Source: Thermoanaerobacterales bacterium 50_218 (GTDB lineage Bacteria > Bacillota > DSM-12270 > Thermacetogeniales > Thermacetogeniaceae). Taken from it: 64,000 bases of DNA. The notes below the pieces were generated by a model that was not told the origin of the DNA, did no database searches, and worked only from the letters and a program-made list of their open reading frames with translations. The stretch spans positions 8,180-72,179 of the forward strand of contig LGFL01000002.1 of the NCBI GenBank assembly GCA_001508855.1. Direction: 5' to 3'. This document shows, piece after piece, positions 39,510 to 48,543 of this stretch; positions within the stretch are counted from its first letter, which is position 1, and each line of letters starts with the position of its first letter. The position numbers and the translations under genes were made by a program.

Positions 39510-40108
39510 CACTTTCTCCCCCAGAACCGGGAGCGGAAAAAAGTCCTCCAAAAGTAGTCAGCAGTCAACGCCAGAACCATCGCCGTGCCTGTAGCAAAAA
39601 TTGTCGCCCCAACAATCTCAACAGGGTTGCGAGAACCCGCAGCAACCCGAACCCCAATGATCGTCGCCGGGATCAAGGTCACACAAGATGTGTTCGCTGT
39701 CAAAAAGGTGCACATGGCATCAGAAGCAGTATCAGGTCGAGGATTGAGTTTCTGCAATTCCTCCATTGCTTTCAGGCCAAAAGGAGTAGCCGCATTTCCA
39801 AGCCCCAGGACATTGGCGCTGAGATTCATGATGATCGCCCCCAGAGCAGGATGCTCCGGAGGAACCTCGGGAAAAAGCAAACGTGCCAGCGGCCGCATCA
39901 GCTTCGCCAGAAACCGCACCAGACCTGCCTCCCTGGCGACCTCAAGTATTCCCAGCCAGAGAGCCATCAGACCGATCAGATCAAAACAAACGTAAACGGC
40001 TTCACTGGCACTGTTAAACAGAGTTTCTGTAACCAGAGAAATTCTTCCGTTCCAGGCAGCAATCAAGATGCCCCCAAGTATTAGGGAAACCCAGAGCAAA
40101 TTGAGCAA
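39509..40108 (-). CDS. spmA: spore maturation protein A
   Basis: 199-aa membrane ORF with a TTG start, paired with spmB. Confidence 0.8.
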   Translation of the reverse strand: MLNLLWVSLILGGILIAAWNGRISLVTETLFNSASEAVYVCFDLIGLMALWLGILEVAREAGLVRFLAKLMRPLARLLFPEVPPEHPALGAIIMNLSANVLGLGNAATPFGLKAMEELQKLNPRPDTASDAMCTFLTANTSCVTLIPATIIGVRVAAGSRNPVEIVGATIFATGTAMVLALTADYFWRTFFRSRFWGRK

Positions 40109-40220
40109 CCCGTTCCCCTCCCCCCTACCTACCTATTTCACCTTTATGTGGGAAGGGAATCAAATAGACCTCATGTTGATGGTTTTCAGGAGAGCAGGGA
40201 GATTATGAAAAAAAGAAATC

Positions 40221-40598
40221 TCAAGGCTGCTGGAAGATCTCCTTAACCTTATCCAAGAATACAGGCGCCATATCGATAAGGCGGTCGACAGTGGGGTTTC
40301 CATCTATCGGGAGAAGGCGAACCTGATTGTTTCCGACAACTAGAAAACCGACAGGACGTACAGAAATTCCACCTCCACTCCCACCACCAAAAGGAAACTG
40401 TCCCTCTTCTTCCCTTCGCTGGTCTTTCTGGTAATCTGAACCCCCTGCGGCAAAGCCACAGGTCACCCGTGAAACTGGCATGATCACCGTCCCATCAGGA
40501 GCTTCGACGGGATCGCCGACAACAACATCGACATCCACCATCTCCTTGATACTCTCCATTGCTGTCTTCATGAGGCTTTCAATGGGATGCTCAGGCAC
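40221..40598 (-). CDS. ytfJ: sporulation protein YtfJ (GerW family)
   Basis: Contains VVGDPVEAPDGTVIMPVSRVTCGFAAGGSD. Confidence 0.8.
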   Translation of the reverse strand: MPEHPIESLMKTAMESIKEMVDVDVVVGDPVEAPDGTVIMPVSRVTCGFAAGGSDYQKDQRREEEGQFPFGGGSGGGISVRPVGFLVVGNNQVRLLPIDGNPTVDRLIDMAPVFLDKVKEIFQQP

Positions 40599-40625
40599 CT
40601 TAACCCTACCTCCTCACAACTATCT

Positions 40626-41246
40626 TCACCGAGCCTTGTTGAATAAAAGCGACAATGCCGAAGACCTCACCAGTTCAATAATAATATGGGTTAATCGAGT
40701 CTCAAATATACAATCAAACTCTACTTTAAAACAGGGTTCACCGAATCTTGGAATGATTTGAAGGAAAACACCAGAGGGTTCAATTTTTGTATAACAACTC
40801 GCTCGACTGAGGGCACTTTCCACAACCGCCCAGCAAGCACCAACAACGATGCCAGTAACTGCATAATCAGTTGTCCCCAGAAAAAGCCTCCAATGAAACT
40901 GCCTGAATCTGCCTTTTTTGAGGAACCTTCTGAAGAGGTAAGAAAACTTCCTAATGTCCTGAAAAATTCTTGGCAACTGGTGGAGAAAAGGTAAAACTTG
41001 CTCTTTTTCAAGATCAACCTCAGTAGGTGTTTCTGTAAGAAAACCCAACTGAAACTCTCCCCCGATCCCCAGCCTCCAACTGACCACCCCACACCTGTAA
41101 AAAATCACTCCAGGTCTTTCTTTGTGGGCGAAAAAGCGAACCTGGACCGGAACAAAAGCTATGATTGGAATTAAACCGAGTAACAGCAAAAGAAAAAAAT
41201 TAACCCTGTGCAAGAAAGCCACCTCACACCAGAAGATAGCCTTCAT
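40626..41246 (-). CDS. DUF2953-like (YtfI-like) sporulation-associated membrane protein
   Basis: 206-aa ORF with an N-terminal TM segment, immediately upstream of ytfJ as in the Bacillus ytfI-ytfJ pair. Confidence 0.5.
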   Translation of the reverse strand: MKAIFWCEVAFLHRVNFFLLLLLGLIPIIAFVPVQVRFFAHKERPGVIFYRCGVVSWRLGIGGEFQLGFLTETPTEVDLEKEQVLPFLHQLPRIFQDIRKFSYLFRRFLKKGRFRQFHWRLFLGTTDYAVTGIVVGACWAVVESALSRASCYTKIEPSGVFLQIIPRFGEPCFKVEFDCIFETRLTHIIIELVRSSALSLLFNKAR

Positions 41247-41301
41247 GTCTAATTTTGCACAGGGTTTCCACAGTTATACAAAAACACCCGCACTAAAACT
41301 T

Positions 41302-42291
41302 TCAATAGAGTCCCATTGCTTCCCTAACCTCAGTCATTGTTTCCTGTGCTTTCAGACGCGCTTTCTGCGAACCTTCCTTCAAGACATCCCAAACGAAATC
41401 AGGATCTTTTTCCAGTTTTGTCCTCCGTTCCCAATAAGGAGTCAAAAAGCTCGTAAGCACATCCGTCATTTTCTTCTTGCAGGGCACACAACCAATCTCC
41501 CCCCGACGGCAAGATTCCGCAACCTCATCCACCTGATCGCGATTAAAGAGGCGGTGGAAGGCAAAAACCGTGCAGACTTCGGGGTGCCCTGGGTCTGTGG
41601 GATGGATGCGGGCAGGATCGGTCACCATCATCTTTACCTTTTTCTCCAGTTCCTTGGGAGAAATTGCTAGGGGAATCTCGTTACTATAGCTTTTGCTCAT
41701 TTTCCTCCCATCAATCCCAGGCACCAAAGCGACCTCCGCCAAGTAGGCCTGGGGCTCAGGAAAAAGCTTGGTACTGTACAAGTAATTGAAGCGGCGGGCC
41801 ACCTCCCTGCACATCTCCAGGTGAGGCAACTGATCTTCTCCGACAGGAACGAGGTCAGCCTTGTAAATCAGGATATCTGCTGCTTGAAGCAAGGGGTATC
41901 CCAGGAAACCGTAAGTCCTCACATCTTTCCCGAGTTCCCGAAACTGCTGGAGTTGCTCCTTGTAAGTCGGACACCTTTCCAGCCAGGATACAGGAGTAAA
42001 CATTGAGAAAAGAAGGTGCAGTTCGGCATGCTCCTTAACCTGAGACTGCACAAAGATGACACTCTTTTCCGGGTCAAGACCGACCATCAGCCAATCGAGA
42101 ACCATTTCCCTCGTGTTTTCCTTAAGAACAGAGGGTTCGTCAAACGAGGTCGTCAGGGCGTGCCAGTCTGCCACCATAAAATAGCAGTAGTGTTCTTCCT
42201 GGAGTTTGTTCCAGTTCTCGAGAACACTCAAGTGACCGAGGTGAAGTCTTCCTGTCGGCCTCATTCCGCTCAAAACAGTTTTTTGTCCCAT
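41302..42291 (-). CDS. trpS: tryptophan--tRNA ligase (with C-x20-C-x6-C-x2-C motif)
   Basis: Contains GRLHLGHL (the HIGH motif) and KMSKS. I place the start at ATG 42291 (MGQKTVLSGMRPTG). Confidence 0.9.
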   Translation of the reverse strand: MGQKTVLSGMRPTGRLHLGHLSVLENWNKLQEEHYCYFMVADWHALTTSFDEPSVLKENTREMVLDWLMVGLDPEKSVIFVQSQVKEHAELHLLFSMFTPVSWLERCPTYKEQLQQFRELGKDVRTYGFLGYPLLQAADILIYKADLVPVGEDQLPHLEMCREVARRFNYLYSTKLFPEPQAYLAEVALVPGIDGRKMSKSYSNEIPLAISPKELEKKVKMMVTDPARIHPTDPGHPEVCTVFAFHRLFNRDQVDEVAESCRRGEIGCVPCKKKMTDVLTSFLTPYWERRTKLEKDPDFVWDVLKEGSQKARLKAQETMTEVREAMGLY

Positions 42292-42316
42292 TACTTCATC
42301 CCTTCTTCCATAAAAT

Positions 42317-42982
42317 TTAAATTCCTCTAAAAGGTAGGGCAAAAATGTGGGCGAGAAGGCTCAAAAAGTGGATCACATATGCCGAAATGGGAATGAGAAT
42401 TTTTCCAACCAAGCCGGTAGCAATCAGAAGTAGCAGAATAACAGGACCATAAATCTCGAGTCGATAGATCAGGTCACCCGACTTCAGGAAACCGGCAAGA
42501 ATCTTGGCTCCGTCCAGTGGTGGAACCGGAATCAGGTTAAACACAGCGAGGTAAACATTGACAACAACGAGCGCCCGCAAAACACCCACCAAAATGTTCT
42601 GCGAGTTGAGAATGACTAAATCTGGCAAGGCAAGAGTGAGGATGAGGGCGCTTGTGAAGGCCACTACTAGGTTCATCAAAGGGCCTGCCAGGGCGACGAG
42701 CATCATCCCTTGCCGCGGTCCCCGGCGCAGGTTCCAGGGATTCACCTGCACCGGTTTTGCCCACCCAAAACCGGCAAAGAGGAGGAGCAGAAAACCGAGG
42801 ACATCAATGTGGACAAGGGGATTGAGGGTGAGCCTCCCCTGGTAGCGAGGAGTAGGATCCCCAAGAAGGTCTGCCATTTTCCCATGGGCATACTCGTGAA
42901 AAGTAATAGCAATGACCACTGCCGGCAGCCAGAGCAAAACTCTGGTCAAACTTAGATCAAGCACTGCAATCTTCCCTTTCAA
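42317..42982 (-). CDS. site-2 protease family (M50) membrane metalloprotease
   Basis: Contains HEYAHG (HExxH) in a TM segment. An alternative GTG start at 42964 would give a GTGCTTGA overlap with the upstream stop. Confidence 0.75.
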   Translation of the reverse strand: MKGKIAVLDLSLTRVLLWLPAVVIAITFHEYAHGKMADLLGDPTPRYQGRLTLNPLVHIDVLGFLLLLFAGFGWAKPVQVNPWNLRRGPRQGMMLVALAGPLMNLVVAFTSALILTLALPDLVILNSQNILVGVLRALVVVNVYLAVFNLIPVPPLDGAKILAGFLKSGDLIYRLEIYGPVILLLLIATGLVGKILIPISAYVIHFLSLLAHIFALPFRGI

Positions 42983-45131
42983 GAACTTCTGCCTTTTGCA
43001 GAAGTTCAGTTAATCGTTCTCTACCAACTATCTCGGCAATTTGTTCATCCAGTTGCAACTCTGCAGATCTTTTCCAAATTTCCTTGAACTTTCCCTTCTG
43101 AAAGCAAATCTCCAGTTCATCCATCAGGTGTTCCCGGGAAACTCCAAGCAACAGCTTTTCCTTAATCGCATTCTCCAGAAGGATTTTAGTCTGTTTCTCC
43201 AATCGGTACCCGAGTACTTGTTCATACCTTATCGCCTTCAAGATCCTCAGCGGGTCTTCAACAAAGCTAAAATTATGAAGGACGCGGACCAACCCCTTGA
43301 GAAGGTCTCCCTGCCCTCCAAAAAAGTCCAGTAAGCGACCAAAACAGGATGCATTCAAGTGAACAGCCAAAGTATCGACTGTAAAATCTCTCTTGTAAAG
43401 TTCATCCCGGAGAGCGACTCGTTCTTGGTTTCTCCTGCTTGGATATTCCGAGAATTCCGAACTGGCAATTCGGATTTTCGATACATAACCATCCGACAAA
43501 CTCAGGAAAAGTAAACCTTCACCAACGGGTTGGCTAAAAAGCTCGCCCAGGTCTTCCAAGAAGCCCCGGTCACCTTCTACGATCAACTCCAGCTCCTTTC
43601 CCGGTTGACCCCGAAGGAGGTCGCGAACAAAATCTCCTACAAGATAAACGGTAGTTGAAGCCTTTTCAGCAGCAACCCCAACCTTGTGTAGCACTTCCAG
43701 CAAAAAACCAGGAAGGCGGCGTTCCAGAAGTCCTGAGATATCCCAATTCTTGCCGAGAATAACCTGGTCAGTAGCATCACCACTCACGTAGAGATGATGG
43801 TAGGGGTGAGGGTATTTGCCTGAGTGGAGAACGTTCAACACATCACTCCGAGAGACAATCCCCACAAGGTGACCGCAGGCATCAACTACAGGAAGCCGAC
43901 CAATGTCGTATTTTACAAGAAGCTTCTGGATCTCGGCAAGCGAAGCCTCTGGGGTTACAGTGACGACGTTCCTGCTCATGTAGCCTTTTACAGGTGCATG
44001 AGTGAGACTGTGCTGGCGCGCCTTGTCGATGTCTCTCCTGGAGATGATCCCTACAAGAACTTCGTTTTCAACCACAGGTAATCCAGAATGACCGTAGCGA
44101 AGCATAATCTGACCTGCTTCTTTCAGGGTAGTATCTGGGCTTACTGTTTTCACTGGTGTTGACATGATTTCCCTGGCCACCGGCCCTGACTTCACCTGTT
44201 TCCTGAGAATTTCCAAAAGCTTCTCTTCTACTTCCTCCAGATCCCCATTTTTGACAACAGCCGCGGCTGCCCGGTAATGGCCTCCACCCTGCCAATTCCT
44301 CAACACCTCATTCACCCTGATCGTCTCAGTCCGGCTTCTGGACGTAAGGTAAATTCTGGTCCCCATTTGCACAAGCAAGAAAATGGCATCAGAATTCACG
44401 ATCTCGGTAACCCTGTGAGCAATCAAATCGAGACCACGGACGTAGTGGGGCACACTCGCTTTCGCCAGAAAAACCTGCAACCCCTGGACATCGATGACCT
44501 GCCCTGTATCCAGCAGTTTCTTCAAAAGACTTCTCTGTTCTGGTGACAACGACCAGTGCAGGTAGCTAGAAACAATGCCGAGATCGGCCCCGCAGCGTAA
44601 AAGGTGAGCAACTGCTTCGACATCACGGACTGTTGTTGAAGAAAAAGTGAGACAACCAGTATCTTCGTAAATTCCCAAACAAAAAAGCGTCGCCTCCAGA
44701 TGATCTATCGGTATTCTTCTGCTCCTTAAAATTTCGACAAGGATCGTTGTCGTCGCCCCAAGAGGCTCTACTACTCGATAGGTAGCACTAAGGTCATCAG
44801 GTGCTGGGGGGTGATGGTCAAAAAGATGAACTTCTTCTACTTCTCCATCTTCAACAAGAGGACGAATTTTACCCAGCCGGGCAGGTTTCGCAGTGTCGAC
44901 TACAATCAACCTGTGCACCTTCGTCGAGGGTAATCCCGAAAAACGCACCGGAAACCAGACATCTCGGTAGAGGGACATGTAATTGCGCACATTAGGCTGG
45001 ACCTGTCCACTGAGTATGATCTCAGCACCGGGATAAAGTTTCCGGGCAGCAATCATTGAGGCAAACCCGTCAAAATCAGTATTCACGTGACTGGTGATAA
45101 GCTCCACAAACCGCTCCTCTCCCCTCAACAA
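42957..45131 (-). CDS. DHH/DHHA1 - CBS pair - class II nucleotidyltransferase (poly(A) polymerase/CCA-adding head) multidomain protein
   Basis: Contains NTDFDG, FDHH and GGGH motifs, then a CBS pair, then VYLVGDFVRDLLRG, RDFTVDTLA and FVEDPLRILKAIRY. Confidence 0.75.
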   Translation of the reverse strand: MLRGEERFVELITSHVNTDFDGFASMIAARKLYPGAEIILSGQVQPNVRNYMSLYRDVWFPVRFSGLPSTKVHRLIVVDTAKPARLGKIRPLVEDGEVEEVHLFDHHPPAPDDLSATYRVVEPLGATTTILVEILRSRRIPIDHLEATLFCLGIYEDTGCLTFSSTTVRDVEAVAHLLRCGADLGIVSSYLHWSLSPEQRSLLKKLLDTGQVIDVQGLQVFLAKASVPHYVRGLDLIAHRVTEIVNSDAIFLLVQMGTRIYLTSRSRTETIRVNEVLRNWQGGGHYRAAAAVVKNGDLEEVEEKLLEILRKQVKSGPVAREIMSTPVKTVSPDTTLKEAGQIMLRYGHSGLPVVENEVLVGIISRRDIDKARQHSLTHAPVKGYMSRNVVTVTPEASLAEIQKLLVKYDIGRLPVVDACGHLVGIVSRSDVLNVLHSGKYPHPYHHLYVSGDATDQVILGKNWDISGLLERRLPGFLLEVLHKVGVAAEKASTTVYLVGDFVRDLLRGQPGKELELIVEGDRGFLEDLGELFSQPVGEGLLFLSLSDGYVSKIRIASSEFSEYPSRRNQERVALRDELYKRDFTVDTLAVHLNASCFGRLLDFFGGQGDLLKGLVRVLHNFSFVEDPLRILKAIRYEQVLGYRLEKQTKILLENAIKEKLLLGVSREHLMDELEICFQKGKFKEIWKRSAELQLDEQIAEIVGRERLTELLQKAEVLEREDCSA

Positions 45132-45143
45132 GGTGCTTCTTTG

Positions 45144-46472
45144 TTACCACCGGCACCCTTTGGAAAAACGCTCAGGAAGAATCTGCTTGTGCACAAGATC
45201 GTCATAAGTTTCGCGGGCAACAATCAGTTCTGCCTGACCGTTGTTTACCAACACGACAGCAGGGCGTGGCAACCAGTTATAGTTACTGGACATGGAGTAG
45301 GTATAGGCACCAGTACACGATATTGCCAAAATGTCCCCAGGCTCAACATGAGGAACAGAAAGGTCCCAAATCAGCATATCGCCAGACTCACAACACCTTC
45401 CAGTAATCGAGACCACTTCTTGGGCAGGCTGATCAGCTTTGTTAGCAACAAGCCCCTCATAGCGCGCTTTGTAAAGCGCAGGTCGGGGATTGTCAGTCAT
45501 TCCTCCATCAACGGCAACATACTTTCGCACCCCAGGTATATCCTTCATCGAACCTATAGTGTAAATCGTTGTTCCCGCAGGCCCTGCAATCGAGCGTCCT
45601 GGCTCGACAATGATCCTCGGACGGGGGTAACCGAACTCCGCAGCAGCCTTTTCCACACTCTCTCTGATCACCCCGGCATAGTCGTCAACTGAAGGAGGGT
45701 CATCACCTTCAACATAATATATCCCCAAACCTCCACCTAAATCCAGTTCAGCAGCAACCCACCCAGTTTTTTCCCGAAGCTCCTGAAGAAATTCCATCAT
45801 CACTCTTGCAGCATGACCAAAGGCCCCCAGTTCCAGGATCTGAGAACCGATGTGACAGTGAAGACCTGTTAGATTAAGGTTATCCGAAGCCAGGGCAATT
45901 TCGACAGCCCGCAAGGCATCGCCATTAGCAAGGGTGAAACCGAATTTGGAATCAATTTGCCCGGTTCTGATGTATTCGTGGCTGTGGGCCTCGATCCCAG
46001 GGGCAACCCGCAAAAGGATCGAAGGAGAGTATCCCCCATCTTCGGCAATTTTCCGGAGAACCTCAAGTTCGTAAAAATTATCGACAACGATCCTTCCTAC
46101 TCCCTTTTCGAGGGCAAATCTCAGTTCTGCAGGAGACTTATTGTTGCCGTGGAAGAAGATCTTTTCTGGAGGGAAGCCGGCCTGGAAGGCGATGTAAAGC
46201 TCTCCGCCAGAGACCACATCCAACCCGAGTCCTTCTTCTTCAATGATTCTGCACATCGCCATAACTAAAAAGGCCTTTCCGGCATAGATCACCAGATCAG
46301 ACTGATTCTTGCCAGTAAAGGCCTGATAATACTTCCGGCAGTTTTCCCTGATCAATGCTTCATCAATAATATAAAGTGGTGTTCCAAATTCCTGAGCAAG
46401 GTCAACCACATCACAACCTCCGATTTCCAGATGACCCTTGGAATTAATCTTCATCGTCCCATGCATCCTCAC
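45144..46472 (-). CDS. lysA: diaminopimelate decarboxylase
   Basis: 442-aa ORF with YAGKAF (PLP Lys region), GGGLG and CESGD. Confidence 0.9.
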   Translation of the reverse strand: MRMHGTMKINSKGHLEIGGCDVVDLAQEFGTPLYIIDEALIRENCRKYYQAFTGKNQSDLVIYAGKAFLVMAMCRIIEEEGLGLDVVSGGELYIAFQAGFPPEKIFFHGNNKSPAELRFALEKGVGRIVVDNFYELEVLRKIAEDGGYSPSILLRVAPGIEAHSHEYIRTGQIDSKFGFTLANGDALRAVEIALASDNLNLTGLHCHIGSQILELGAFGHAARVMMEFLQELREKTGWVAAELDLGGGLGIYYVEGDDPPSVDDYAGVIRESVEKAAAEFGYPRPRIIVEPGRSIAGPAGTTIYTIGSMKDIPGVRKYVAVDGGMTDNPRPALYKARYEGLVANKADQPAQEVVSITGRCCESGDMLIWDLSVPHVEPGDILAISCTGAYTYSMSSNYNWLPRPAVVLVNNGQAELIVARETYDDLVHKQILPERFSKGCRW

Positions 46473-46534
46473 GGCCAGAATCTCCTTTCTTCTCCCTCAA
46501 ACTGCTGCTTGCAATGTTTAGTTCATTCTAGCAT

Positions 46535-46563
46535 GGTCACCCGGTAGTGTCAACGAAAACGAA
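46535..46563 (-). promoter_or_regulatory. sigma-A promoter of lysA (TTGACA-17-TGcTAGAAT)
   Basis: Consensus -35 at 46558-46563, 17-nt spacer, and extended -10 with its hexamer at 46535-46540. The leader would be only about 55 nt. Confidence 0.6.
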
Positions 46564-46626
46564 ACACCTGTGGTGGTTCTTACTCGAAATTTGGGGAACA
46601 GTAGCAGAAAAACCTACTAGGATAAA

Positions 46627-48201
46627 TCAGTCAATACTTATCCTTCTACCTTTATCTGGGAAAATTACCCGACAGATCGCTTGGAAACGGTAAAAAAATT
46701 GATGATCCTCAGTGTGCACAGGAATAAGAATTTCGGGACGAACGGTCTCGACAAGTTCTTCGATCCCTGGACCATGAATGTGTCCACTGGCGTGAAATCC
46801 GCACTTCTCTCGATCCCGGCCAAGGGTACCGTAAAGCTCAAAACCAAAATAATTGATCCAGTTCCGGATACGCTCGTGGTCGAGCAACATCTCTTCATCA
46901 AAGGCCTCACTGGAAGAATAAATGTACGTGCCTCCATCAGGAGAAACGTCCAGAAGAGCGGGAAAATCGTAGTAGGAAAAGCACATGATGAAGCTTCCTT
47001 GGTCAGCCCGCACCTTAGCTGCATCCACCATTCTTTCCCTGCAGACAGCAGAAAACCTTTCCAATAACGCGGTTTCCCACGGAGCAGTTACTCCTTTTGG
47101 CTTGACATAAAGAGCGATCTGTTCTTCACTAAAAGGATCAGGAACCCCCATTTCACCTGCAGAACGAAGAGCATCCAAAAGATAAACATCCTTTGCAGTC
47201 AAGACAAGTTGCCTTCCCGTTTTCTGGGCTATCTCTAAGAAAGATAAAAGCCGTTCGACATTGCGTGGTCCAAAATCCGCTACCACCAAACCGTCAGCAT
47301 TTTCCACAACCTCCAGTGAATTGGCAAATACTTCGCCTTCTGTAATCGGTCGCTCTGTTCCAGGATGTGTACCTTCGCAAATAAGAACACGAGGATTCAA
47401 AGCTGCCAGTTCCTTGATAAAACTTCTCGTTAGGTGTGCACGCCTGCCATGTGCTCGAAAATCACCAGTGTAAACCACCCACCCCGCAGAGGTCTTGACT
47501 CCAAAGGCAACTGCACCAGGTATCGAGTGGTCGACTGGCCAAAAGCGAACTTTGACTCCACTAATATCTTCTTCCTGGTCGCAGATCTGCAATGGCTTGT
47601 AATCCAAATCCCGCGAACCGTAGCACCTTTTCCAAAAGGCAAAGGCCTGATTAATATGTGCACCATTACAACTTCCAAAAACAAAATAACTGCGCTGCTG
47701 ATAGGGCGCGCGGCGGTAATGAATAGTTCTCAGCAGGCCTTCTTTCAATTCCCGGGGAGCAACATAGCAGATCTCCTGAAGTCTGTTGCCGCTGCCCGTG
47801 TCCTGGAGCGCTTTACAGATGAGAGCAGTTGTCAAGCTGGTATAAATCGGGATCTCCGGAGAGACATACGAGAGGTAGCCACAGTGGTCGAGGTGAGCGT
47901 GAGAAAGCAAAACTGCTTGAACTTCTAGCTCCCGGTAGTAAGGGCTTTCGGAAAAATTGGTCCATAACCCGGGACATTCCAGGTCCGTCCTGTAAAGGCC
48001 ACGCAGTGGAGGCAAAAGTCCCAGAGCAAAAAGATCATTGAGACCTAGCACCTGACGCGGTCCCAAAAACCCGTCAAAAAACATTCCCTCAGTTTTAAAA
48101 CTGGTTCCAAAATCAAGAAAAAGGGCAACATCACCATCCTCCAAGAGGATCTTGTTGCCACCTATACATTGATTACCATCGTAAAAAGTGAGGTAAACCA
48201 C
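46627..48201 (-). CDS. MBL-fold metallo-hydrolase (beta-CASP/RNA-metabolising-like)
   Basis: 524-aa ORF with LLSHAHLDHCG, followed later by FHASGH and PVHTE. Confidence 0.65.
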   Translation of the reverse strand: MVYLTFYDGNQCIGGNKILLEDGDVALFLDFGTSFKTEGMFFDGFLGPRQVLGLNDLFALGLLPPLRGLYRTDLECPGLWTNFSESPYYRELEVQAVLLSHAHLDHCGYLSYVSPEIPIYTSLTTALICKALQDTGSGNRLQEICYVAPRELKEGLLRTIHYRRAPYQQRSYFVFGSCNGAHINQAFAFWKRCYGSRDLDYKPLQICDQEEDISGVKVRFWPVDHSIPGAVAFGVKTSAGWVVYTGDFRAHGRRAHLTRSFIKELAALNPRVLICEGTHPGTERPITEGEVFANSLEVVENADGLVVADFGPRNVERLLSFLEIAQKTGRQLVLTAKDVYLLDALRSAGEMGVPDPFSEEQIALYVKPKGVTAPWETALLERFSAVCRERMVDAAKVRADQGSFIMCFSYYDFPALLDVSPDGGTYIYSSSEAFDEEMLLDHERIRNWINYFGFELYGTLGRDREKCGFHASGHIHGPGIEELVETVRPEILIPVHTEDHQFFYRFQAICRVIFPDKGRRISID

Positions 48202-48266
48202 GGAACCTACAACTCCCTAAAAAAAATTCCCCAGGTGGGGAAAAAGAACCGGGCTGCGATTTGCCC

Positions 48267-48464
48267 TCAATGGAGGGCAAATCTGTTTAACTGACTCAGG
48301 AGTTCTTCCACATCTATTCCATGAGCCTCGGCAACCTCTTCGATACTTTCTCTTTGGGCAGCAGGGCAGTAAACACAATCCATACCATAAGAAAGGAACA
48401 CCTGCACAGTTTGGGGACTTCTTGCAAGAACTTCTCCAACAGTCATCTCTTTTGTGATGACCAT
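48267..48464 (-). CDS. DUF1858-type small redox-disulfide domain protein
   Basis: Sequence MVITKEMTVGEVLARSPQTVQVFLSYGMDCVYCPAAQRESIEE. I place the start at ATG 48464. Confidence 0.65.
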   Translation of the reverse strand: MVITKEMTVGEVLARSPQTVQVFLSYGMDCVYCPAAQRESIEEVAEAHGIDVEELLSQLNRFALH

Positions 48465-48543
48465 TTTCAATCCCCCCATTTTCTATTCTATATCACCTCA
48501 ACTCAGTAATGCCAAGTTGCGCAAAGGGTTCCTACCTGTTGAT

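Noticed and set aside
46473-46534. Lysine (L-box) riboswitch upstream of lysA, and similarly upstream of lysC.
   Set aside because: The predicted lysA leader is only about 55 nt. lysC starts 1 nt after thrB inside an operon. There is no room for a ~180-nt L-box.
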